Source of the DNA: an uncultured archaeon
GTDB taxonomy: Archaea > Thermoproteota > Bathyarchaeia > Bathyarchaeales > Bathycorpusculaceae
Assembly: GCA_963782915.1 (NCBI GenBank)
Contig: CAWALK010000016.1
Coordinates: 1 to 12,498 of the forward strand
DNA length: 12,498 bases
Direction of reading: 5' to 3'
Part shown: piece by piece, positions 1 to 7,370 of the stretch
Layout: each line of letters begins with the position of its first letter
How positions within the stretch are numbered: position 1 is the first letter of the stretch
Notes under the pieces: model-generated
The model's database searches: none
Told to the model about the DNA's origin: nothing
The model's input: only the letters and a program-made list of their open reading frames with translations
Made by a program: the position numbers and the translations under genes

Positions 1-146
1 GAGCGTCGGGGTCAAGGTTCCTCCCTTGTTAGCTTCTATGATATGCCAATTTTAGGCTTATCCGCATGTCGGGCGTATAGGAGAAAAATGCTTATCCACA
101 CCGAAACAGACGTAGAGGTGCAATATTGTTAGTATTTCGGTGTTAA

Positions 147-368
147 TCAAAGTAACTCTATAAATTCTTCCTTAGACAGCCCTGTGTCTTTGATGATTTT
201 TAAGAGTAAACCTGAACCTATCTCTTCTCCTGAATGAACTGGGACAACGGTGAGGCGACCATCTGGATGTTTTAAAACCACATGGCTGCCGTGTTTTCTG
301 GCGATTTGAAAACCCAATTTAGATAGAGCTTTAATTACTTTGGCTGCTGGTTGTGGTCTTAGGCTCAT
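147..368 (-). CDS. hicA: HicA family toxin (mRNA interferase, dsRBD-like fold)
   Basis: 73 aa with hallmark 'KLGF...KHGSHVVLKHPDGRLTVVPVH...GLLLKIIK'; its ATG directly abuts the hicB stop (TAAATG). Confidence 0.93.
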   Translation of the reverse strand: MSLRPQPAAKVIKALSKLGFQIARKHGSHVVLKHPDGRLTVVPVHSGEEIGSGLLLKIIKDTGLSKEEFIELL

Positions 369-581
369 TTATGCTTGAACCTCTACGAACTGAACGCCAA
401 CAAGTTCGGTTCGACCAGAGCTTTTTTGTCCTTCTGCGGCTAAGCAAGCTTGGATGGCTTCTTTTATTCGTTCCATCACTTTGTCAAGCGTTTTTGCTTG
501 TGTGTGGCAACCGGGCAGTTCAGGAACAGAGGCAACATAGTAGCCATCTTCGTCTTTCTCAACTAATACACCGAATTTCAC
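369..581 (-). CDS. hicB: HicB family antitoxin (short form, partial RNase H fold, no DNA-binding domain)
   Basis: 70 aa 'EKDEDGYYVASVPELPGCHTQAKTLDKVMERIKEAI'; GTG start with AGGTGA RBS at 587-592 (minus strand). Confidence 0.93.
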   Translation of the reverse strand: MKFGVLVEKDEDGYYVASVPELPGCHTQAKTLDKVMERIKEAIQACLAAEGQKSSGRTELVGVQFVEVQA

Positions 582-855
582 GATTAATCACCTAGACAGT
601 ATCTTGTATAGTATAGGGTAACTAAACCTTTTCGCAGAGAACAAAAGGATAGGGCACAAAGACGTTTTTGGAGTTATGAAAACAACGGAGTTATGCATGT
701 TTCACATTACACCGCGGGGTTTCAGCATGGAAGTATGTTGGGTGTGTGGACTTGCAGAACAGGGGTAAACGTTTACAGAAAACCTCCCTAACCCACAGTC
801 GCCCAACAGATATGGAACATCATGACGCGAATTCAAAGTTGAACCTACCGTTTAA

Positions 856-1069
856 TCTATATATAGGGGAGGGGGTACCTCGGCAAAGCAACAAAGCACC
901 GCTTAACCTCTAACCGCTTGGTCTCTGGCGTAGACGCCTAGCAACCGAGCCTGCAAGCGCATACATCCTAACGCCAAAAACCAACAAATGCATGCTGAGA
1001 CTTGCTTTTCTTCTGCATCCTTTTAGCCTATAAATAGAGAGGGGGTAGGGTTGGCAGAGCAACAAACGC
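856..1069 (+). repeat. Bipartite intergenic repeat element, copy A
   Basis: Box1 856-893 TCTATATATAGGGGAGGGGGTACCTCGGCAAAGCAACA and box2 1025-1069 AGCCTATAAATAGAGAGGGGGTAGGGTTGGCAGAGCAACAAACGC match the two boxes at 10539-10757 on the minus strand. Confidence 0.85.
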
Positions 1070-1110
1070 TTTGGCTACGTTAAAAAAGAAAGAAGGGATA
1101 TTTTTTGTTT

Positions 1111-1785
1111 TTACCTTGATCGAAACCGAAGGAATAAGATTGTTGTAACTAGAACCCCTGCGATAACAACGACCGCGATGATAACGATTAACCAAGCGCT
1201 AAACCCATCGTTTGTAACCGCTGGAGTTGGTGAAGGCGAAGCCGTTGGAGTTAAGGTTGGTGTCAGCGTTGGAACGGGCGTGGGTGTTGGGGTAGGTGTT
1301 GGTGTTGGAGACGCGGTTGGTGTGGGTGTTGGGTCTGGTGTGTAGACTGAGACGGTTAAGTTGAAATCGTTGCTAGCGGAAACGACTGTGGTGCTGTTTC
1401 GAACTTTGACGTTCCAGAGGTAGGTTCCGTTTGAGGAAAACTCGTGGTAGATTGTGTTATTGGAGTAGCTTGCCATTGCAGTCTGGTTGCTTGCAACTTT
1501 GCTTCCGTTGATGTACAAGTCTGCGCCTTCAAACTTGTTTGCTGTTCCGTTAATCTGTGGTATGTAAACGAAGCTGACGTTGAACGAGTTTGTGATGGTG
1601 TAGTTATGTACGGGTGAGAGTATGATAACGGATATGTTTTCGGGTTCCGGTGTAGGCGTTGGCGTCGGCGTTGGAGTTGGGGTTGGAGTCGGCGTTGCTT
1701 CTTGACTGGATACAAATGGTATGAGACAACTGCTAAAGAGCAGGGTAAAAACAAGTAAGCCCAAACATGATTGCTTATTTATCAT
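1111..1785 (-). CDS. Secreted, C-terminally membrane-anchored surface glycoprotein (beta-rich/Ig-like core flanked by Pro/Thr linkers)
   Basis: N-terminal signal peptide, two (PT)n linkers, ten N-X-S/T sequons in the core, C-terminal TM helix followed by RFRSR. Confidence 0.88.
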   Translation of the reverse strand: MINKQSCLGLLVFTLLFSSCLIPFVSSQEATPTPTPTPTPTPTPTPEPENISVIILSPVHNYTITNSFNVSFVYIPQINGTANKFEGADLYINGSKVASNQTAMASYSNNTIYHEFSSNGTYLWNVKVRNSTTVVSASNDFNLTVSVYTPDPTPTPTASPTPTPTPTPTPVPTLTPTLTPTASPSPTPAVTNDGFSAWLIVIIAVVVIAGVLVTTILFLRFRSR

Positions 1786-2007
1786 ATGTGCCTAATCGAC
1801 GAATTTTATATTTATAATTTTCTCAAATCAACAAATCGAATACACAGGTTGTTAAGCCTTTGTCAAATATGGCAGTGTTTTTGTGCATCAATTTATAAAT
1901 CAACAAACCAGATAGAGATAAGACGCAACATGAACAACAAAGCGGGTCCAATAACTTCCAGTCGCCAAAAACAATTCCCAGACAATCTATCAATCAACTC
2001 CCCAATC

Positions 2008-2958
2008 ATGTTATTTGGCCGCAAAAAGAAAGAACCAAACCCAACAGGCGCCACCGCCCAAGAAGCACCGCCTAAACCTAAACCAAAAAAACATAAAGGC
2101 ACAGCCGTAACCAAATATGAAATCGCCCAAGACAAAATCAAATTCTACGCCGCAAAAGGCGCTATCAAGAAACGATGGGTTGTTATCAACGAATTTCCTA
2201 TTTACGAGTTATCCGCTATTGAGAGTTTAGGCAATTGGATTAGCCTGACTTGGAAGGATACAGCTTATCCGTTTATTCTCAAGCAAAAGGGTGCATCTTT
2301 CGCAAAGTTGAATGAGGAGCTTGTGGTCTTGCAAGAGGAATACCGGCGGAAACTGGAGCAAACTCAAAAGGCGGCTTTACGCAAAACCGAATTGTTAGCT
2401 GTTATCAATGGTTCTTTGCCCATTGTGGATTCATCATTTGACGTTTTGATGGGGTTGCACCAAAAACGCATCGACTGGAAAAGCATAGAAGCAGACGCCC
2501 AACCGTTGGGTGCATCTTATAGTTTTAGGGCAGCCACTTTGGAGCCGCTTGATTTAGACTTCTCTAAAGTTGCCGCTGCAGTTAAGAGTCAAGTGGCTAA
2601 GGAAACCTCCAAAGAAACCCTAAACGTGCTCAAAGCAATACACAGCTACTTCACGGGTTTAAAGGCAGAGAACGATTTGGCAGGTACAAACCCCAACTTT
2701 GAACATGCCAAGGCTGCGGTTTTAGCGTATTATACCCTAAACGACCTTTTACTGGCTAAAATAGTGGGCGAAAAAGATAATCAAAAAGAGGTGGCTTACC
2801 TGGAAGAAACCCTGAAGACTCTTTCTGAGGGAACCAACATCAAAGTTGACGTTGTTGGCCTTTCGGGTTGTATCGATAAAATGGGTGTTGAGGCTGAGCG
2901 CGAATGCGGGGTCTTCGAAGCACGGACCCAGTTTAGGGAGCAGCTAAAACAGCTTTAA
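2008..2958 (+). CDS. Hypothetical protein, N-terminal PH-like beta domain plus helical C-terminal region
   Basis: Long ORF. The first ~79 aa of the 1771 ORF overlap the divergent gene and promoter region, so the start is placed at ATG 2008 (MLFGRKKKEP). The fold call is inferred from sequence pattern. Confidence 0.75.
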   Translation: MLFGRKKKEPNPTGATAQEAPPKPKPKKHKGTAVTKYEIAQDKIKFYAAKGAIKKRWVVINEFPIYELSAIESLGNWISLTWKDTAYPFILKQKGASFAKLNEELVVLQEEYRRKLEQTQKAALRKTELLAVINGSLPIVDSSFDVLMGLHQKRIDWKSIEADAQPLGASYSFRAATLEPLDLDFSKVAAAVKSQVAKETSKETLNVLKAIHSYFTGLKAENDLAGTNPNFEHAKAAVLAYYTLNDLLLAKIVGEKDNQKEVAYLEETLKTLSEGTNIKVDVVGLSGCIDKMGVEAERECGVFEARTQFREQLKQL

Positions 2959-3062
2959 CCCTTTTCCTGATATTGTTTTATTTAGCGCTTTTTAGTTGTT
3001 GTTCTAAGAATGTTTAAAAGTATGACGCGTGGCATATCATATTATATTAGGAGGCAAACAAA

Positions 3063-3851
3063 ACGAAAAAAACCCTCACATTATGCCTCATACTGCTCTC
3101 CAGCACCCTAATCCTCACAATACCCCATAACGCATCAGCGACACCCCAATGGACCATACAATTAACAACCCTAAATGGCGCAACCACAGACATCACCTAT
3201 GACCAACTCCTAGCCCTCCCCAAAACAACGGTAACCGCCGAAATCTTCTGCTATGGAATCCCCGTAACAGGCGGCACCTGGGGCGGAGTTGTTCTATCAG
3301 AACTGCTAAACCAAACAGGCGTTGACCCAGGCGTAGCTTCCCTGAGTTTTGCAGCTCAAGATGGATACAAAGTTAGCATCCCAATAGCTGACGCCTTACG
3401 TTCAGATGTAATCTTAGCCTACGAAAAAGACGGAAGCCCACTTACTGAGACCCTGCGTTTAGTTGTGCCCTACGCAAACGGCAACATGTGGATAAACATG
3501 GTAACTTCAATAACTATGAGTTCAAGCGCCGCAACCCTCGATCCTGCTCAAATCGCTGCAACCATCAAAACACCCATGGACAACAATGCCCAATTAATAC
3601 AACAACAAATCAATCAACCCGCCCAACCAACACCTACACCATACACGCCAACACCAACACCAGCACCGAACAATTCTACAATATCATTACCCACAACATC
3701 ACCGACAAACACTAACCAACCACCCAATCAAAACATACCGGAGAACACTTCATTTCCAACCGCAATCATCTATGCCGCGGCTCTCGGAGCAGTAATAGCG
3801 CTTGTTATCGCAAGCTTCATCGTCTACAGAACAAGACAACATAAAGCTTAA
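3063..3851 (+). CDS. Membrane-anchored exported protein with molybdopterin-dependent oxidoreductase (Oxidored_molyb / sulfite oxidase-MsrP-like) domain; ACG start
   Basis: Frame is open from a TAG at 3048-3050 to 3851. It translates to (M)KKTLTLCLILLSSTLILTIPHNASA (signal peptide), then TYDQLLALPKTTVTAEIFCYG...TWGGVVLSELL...AQDGYKVSIP...VILAYEKDGSPL...LRLVVPYANGNMWINMVTSI, a P/T/N linker and a TM helix. AGGAGG at 3049-3054. Confidence 0.85.
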   Translation, partial: TKKTLTLCLILLSSTLILTIPHNASATPQWTIQLTTLNGATTDITYDQLLALPKTTVTAEIFCYGIPVTGGTWGGVVLSELLNQTGVDPGVASLSFAAQDGYKVSIPIADALRSDVILAYEKDGSPLTETLRLVVPYANGNMWINMVTSITMSSSAATLDPAQIAATIKTPMDNNAQLIQQQINQPAQPTPTPYTPTPTPAPNNSTISLPTTSPTNTNQPPNQNIPENTSFPTAIIYAAALGAVIALVIASFIVYRTRQHKA

Positions 3852-4017
3852 TCCCCACAAAGGGTTTAGGGCACTTGTATCTGTAGTTTTTGTGTTGTAC
3901 AGAATCACAAATACGTATAGTTACGCAGTTGCAATGATACTATTTTGCGATTCGCTAACCATATATATACTTAACGCCCTATGTGGTTGTCAGACAAAGT
4001 GGGGGTAGAATAAACAT

Positions 4018-4572
4018 ATGTCAAAGAATCCGCAACAAAAAGATGAAGCTCTTGAAGCATTAGACTTTATTGTCAATGTTTTAAAGGAGCACGAAAGAGA
4101 CTTAGACAAACTCATAAATGAGTTGGCTACAGTCACCGAACAGATGGGAGACACAAGCGAATTAAGCGGTAAAGTCGATAAAGTTGAAGAAAAAATCTGT
4201 GGTTTACAGAAAGAAGTTACAAACCTAATCGGTTGCATGTCCAGCGGCCAAAAAGAAACACCTGTAACAGCAGCAAATGCAACATCATCACAAGCACCCG
4301 TTGCGCCAGTTGCAGCTCAGGGTGGTCCATCAGTGATGGTGCGCTGTAAACAGTGGGAAGACTTCCAGAACTACGCCCTTGGCGCTCAAACCGTATCTTT
4401 CAGCTACAAAGAAGAAGAGAAACTCTTTTCTGCTGATGCACTAAAGGGAAACCAAATTATTTCTTATAGTGGACCGCTTCCAAAGTTATCCGCTGTGTTG
4501 AAATCGTTTTTGGCCAAAGAACTCTGTGTTTCGGACCGGAGCATTCTTGAAGGCGCCCTAGCCGTAAGCTAA
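4018..4572 (+). CDS. Hypothetical protein with N-terminal coiled coil, Ala/Pro linker and C-terminal alpha/beta domain
   Basis: 184 aa ORF with heptad pattern (LDFIVNVLKEHERDLDKLINEL...VDKVEEKICGLQKEVTNL); TA-rich promoter-like tract at ~3961-3974. Confidence 0.85.
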   Translation: MSKNPQQKDEALEALDFIVNVLKEHERDLDKLINELATVTEQMGDTSELSGKVDKVEEKICGLQKEVTNLIGCMSSGQKETPVTAANATSSQAPVAPVAAQGGPSVMVRCKQWEDFQNYALGAQTVSFSYKEEEKLFSADALKGNQIISYSGPLPKLSAVLKSFLAKELCVSDRSILEGALAVS

Positions 4573-4578
4573 ACAGGT

Positions 4579-4615
4579 TTTAGCTTAAGGCTAAATCTTT
4601 ATTTCTATTCTTTAT
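4579..4615 (+). terminator. Small hairpin plus T-rich tract after the 4018-4572 gene
   Basis: TTTAGC (4579-4584) pairs with GCTAAA (4590-4595), followed by TCTTTATTTCTATTCTTTATT. Confidence 0.5.
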
Positions 4616-4625
4616 TGTTACTTCA

Positions 4626-4640
4626 TAAAGCTTATATGTA
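4626..4640 (+). promoter_or_regulatory. BRE/TATA-like promoter upstream of the candidate ncRNA
   Basis: AAAG followed by CTTATATG; the TTATAT at 4632-4637 lies ~25 nt upstream of the structure's 5' end at 4662. Confidence 0.45.
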
Positions 4641-4661
4641 TTTTAGAATATCTTAAGTCTT

Positions 4662-4813
4662 GTTAGTGATTGGAGAGACTGGGTAAGGTTGAAGGCAAAC
4701 CACTAGCCAAAATAAACAATTTCCGTTTTCGAAGCCTTCTCCTTTCTCCTCGAACGACGGATGGCTGATGGCCCAACCAATATACTTACACCATCCCTCC
4801 AAACGCCACTAAC
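4662..4813 (+). ncRNA. Candidate novel structured non-coding RNA (interrupted rod)
   Basis: Nested helices: 4662-68/4807-13, 4670-75/4797-4802, 4680-87/4785-93, 4688-91/4774-77, 4694-96/4771-73, 4704-09/4762-67, 4722-26/4757-61, 4728-32/4750-54. 17-nt pyrimidine-rich loop; T-rich tail downstream. Confidence 0.6.
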
Positions 4814-5009
4814 TTTGACCTTTTATCACTTGATATTTGGGTAATGTCTGAACCAAAAAATCGGCTCATACTACAAAGCATTGGTTGTTGTTGAAACAAG
4901 CGGGGTCCACGGCAACAACTTATAAAAACAAGCACTCACCCAACTTTTGATCTACCCGTAAATAACGGAGAGGTTGGCAACTTGAAGCAACGATTGGCAA
5001 AGCCACCGG

Positions 5010-5814
5010 CTATGGCTTTTTAGCTTCAACCTCAAGACGCATCATACCCAAATGTACAACACCTTCTCCATCAGCGGGGCAACGCTTAAGATATCTGCTC
5101 ACGATTTCCTCAACAAAATCGCCACGATGCTCTATAGGTACACGCTCCGTAAAAGGCAGCCAAGTCGTACGCACCCACCCCGCTAAACCTTCTGCACCGG
5201 CAAACTTCATGTCCTTACCAAAAAGCTCCACACGCAACGGCTCTAAACCAGCCTCCTTTAGCAGCACCTTATATTCTTCTGGGGCAAGGAACGCATAAGG
5301 AAACTTGAAATCCTCAAAGTATCTCTGCCATCGGGCCGTATTTAGCAATTCAATCGAAAATATCCAGCACCGACTGAGCATTACCCTTGCCTGCCATCTG
5401 AAAAAGCAATCTACCCTGCACATTCAAGCATCTTCGAACACCCAGCAAAACGCTCTTTTGATCCAATATCCAATGAAGCGCCGCATTAGAGAAGACAACA
5501 TCAAATTCAGAGGTGAAAGTGAGCTTTTTAGCATCTATCAATTGAAAACTCAAATTAGGATACTGCTCCTTTGGGAAACTGTTGGGTGCTAAATTGATCA
5601 TTTGAGGCGAACTATCAATACCCACCACTTTGCCGTTTGGAAGGCTTTTTGCGATTTGGGCAGTGATTTTTCCATCTCCACAGCCAATATCTAAAACAGC
5701 CTCACTGCCACCAAGCTTGAGCTTCGATAGGAGCTCTTGTGCCCATTGAAACTGGTTCTGAGAATTCGAGGCATAATCTTTGGCATCCCAAGTGTAGCTT
5801 TTTGTTAACTGCAT
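5010..5814 (-). pseudogene. Class I SAM-dependent methyltransferase (trans-aconitate methyltransferase-like), split by a single +1 frameshift
   Basis: N-terminal ORF has VLDIGCGDG, GIDSS and FDVVFSNAALHW. Removing one base at 5352/5353 joins ...VLDIFD to ELLNTARWQRYF... and gives a 267-aa protein. Confidence 0.85.
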
Positions 5815-5952
5815 AATTATTCCTCAAGCAATGTTTTTTTACATAAAAGTGCGAAATAAGCCTTGTTATCGTCAATCTGTAGATGTGTTGAACAAATAAC
5901 CATAAATACCCCTTGCTTGCCTGTATATAAATCAACGGAGCACACCAAGGGA

Positions 5953-6372
5953 ATGCATGTTTCCAGAGCGCTACTGAAAAACACTCGCGCATCATTACGC
6001 TTTCACAAGCGATTAATAGTCTTTTTGGTAGCTATGCTTGTCGTCATAGTCGGTCTGGTGGCCCTCAGTAGCGGATTGCCACAGATTCTTACTGCTGGAG
6101 CAGGAGGAACCGCGGATCCTTTGACTACTGGCGATCAAGGCACCGGTAGTAATGATTATGGGTCTTATATTTCTGAGACCTTTACAGAAGCAACCTCTAC
6201 TCCAACACCTTCAACATCAACAACTCCATCCGCAACCCCTCCCGATCCAACCTTTACCCCACTCCAAGACACACCTGAATTCGGCATTGGCGGTGCAGTA
6301 ATCGCATTATTCACCTGCTTCATGGCTTTCACTCTCTTCATGAGAAGAAAGTCAGCCAACAAGCAAGCATAA
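5953..6372 (+). CDS. Small low-complexity surface protein with PEF-CTERM-type sorting signal
   Basis: N-terminal hydrophobic segment, G/T/S/P-rich body, C-terminal 'TPEFGIGGAVIALFTCFMAFTLFMRRK' (PEF + TM + basic tail). The start position is uncertain. Confidence 0.75.
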   Translation: MHVSRALLKNTRASLRFHKRLIVFLVAMLVVIVGLVALSSGLPQILTAGAGGTADPLTTGDQGTGSNDYGSYISETFTEATSTPTPSTSTTPSATPPDPTFTPLQDTPEFGIGGAVIALFTCFMAFTLFMRRKSANKQA

Positions 6373-6450
6373 ATAAACCCTTACTTTCCTTAAAAAAATT
6401 TAAATTCCTAAACATTAGAGTTACCGTAAATGCTGGGGAATAAGCAACAC

Positions 6451-7218
6451 ATGGCTAAACGCTCTACAGTTCTATTTATTGCAGTTTTGACTTTGTCGTT
6501 CTTCAGTTTATGCATAAGTCTTCCCCAATGTGCAGGTGCAGCTTCTTCGCTCACTATAGAAGTCAGACACCAATTAAGTGAGGCACCAATCGCCGGAGCA
6601 ACAGTATCAATTTCTGGTCCATCGATTCACTCCGCAGTAACCGGTGCCGATGGAAAAGTAACTTTCACCAACATACCTTCAGGCGACTATAGGGTTGTCA
6701 TTAGCGTATCCACTTATCCAAACACTGCTGCTCAGACTATCACAGTAAACGGCAAAACAACCACAATAGTACTCTTCGCTTATACCAAAGCATACTTTGA
6801 TTATCTACCCCAACATCCTCTAACTAACGATACAATCAGTTTTAACGCCACAAAAAGTTCCAGTTCCGGAAACATAACCAGCTATGACTGGAACTTCGGA
6901 GATGGCGAAACCGGAACGGGCCTATATCCCAATCATCACTATGTAAAATCAGGCAGCTATACCGTTTTGTTGACTGTAACAAGTACAGTTGGTCGAGCAA
7001 CCTACAATCAACTAATCCAAGTCGGTACAGTTAATGAAGATGTACCAATATTTCCTTGGATCCTTCTTCTAATACCGTTTCTGATACCGTTGATATTATT
7101 CCTGCGTAGAAGACGTCACTATGTAATTATTCAGGCACGAGTGCCCCTGCGTCCAACCCATCCTCATTGTCCCGGTGATGGAACTAAATGTGAGGATTGT
7201 AAAATGGCGCCCTGCTAA
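6451..7218 (+). CDS. Membrane-anchored surface protein: carboxypeptidase-regulatory-like domain + PKD domain + TM + Cys-rich cytoplasmic tail
   Basis: Signal peptide; PIAGATVSI...TGADGKVTFTNIPSGDY; PKD motif SYDWNFGDG...PNHHYVKSGSYTVLLTVT; TM helix followed by RRRR; terminal CPGDGTKCEDCKMAPC. Confidence 0.88.
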   Translation: MAKRSTVLFIAVLTLSFFSLCISLPQCAGAASSLTIEVRHQLSEAPIAGATVSISGPSIHSAVTGADGKVTFTNIPSGDYRVVISVSTYPNTAAQTITVNGKTTTIVLFAYTKAYFDYLPQHPLTNDTISFNATKSSSSGNITSYDWNFGDGETGTGLYPNHHYVKSGSYTVLLTVTSTVGRATYNQLIQVGTVNEDVPIFPWILLLIPFLIPLILFLRRRRHYVIIQARVPLRPTHPHCPGDGTKCEDCKMAPC

Positions 7219-7370
7219 GCAACGCAAATTATAGCGCGCTATCAACTCTAAACCGATTTTGAAGGATACTCAAATGTTTATCTGTTGTACGCATGCTTGG
7301 AATTCAATATACCACAAATAATAAATACATAGCAACGTGATAGCAAGCGTTCAATTGATAGGTGAACACT

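Noticed and set aside
1-132. Open + frame running in from the window edge (ERRGQGSS...VQYC*)
   Set aside because: No recognisable motif and too short to tell from chance.
670-768. GGAGTTATG direct repeat (670-678, 687-695) and a 30-aa ORF 676-768 with CWVC
   Set aside because: Only two 9-bp copies; the GGAG-to-ATG spacing is too short for an RBS; a single CxxC is weak evidence.
720-856. Short words (TTTCAG, TTGCAGA, AAACGT, AACCTC) in the same order upstream of both repeat copies
   Set aside because: May mean the element extends ~140 bp further, but 6-7-mers with variable spacing cannot be supported without an alignment.
856-1069. Repeat boxes as a CRISPR array, IS ends or canonical ORB origin
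   Set aside because: Spacers of ~130 bp are too long for CRISPR; there are no cas, transposase or cdc6 genes in the window; the ORB core is absent.
3021-3036. Imperfect palindrome TATGACGCGTGGCATA just after a TTTAAA box upstream of the ACG-start gene
   Set aside because: Its position suits an operator, but it is short, imperfect and has no second copy in the window.
4694-4702. GGCAAACC resembling the start of a c-di-GMP-I riboswitch
   Set aside because: The GAAA tetraloop and downstream GACGCAAA are missing, and there is no co-oriented downstream gene.
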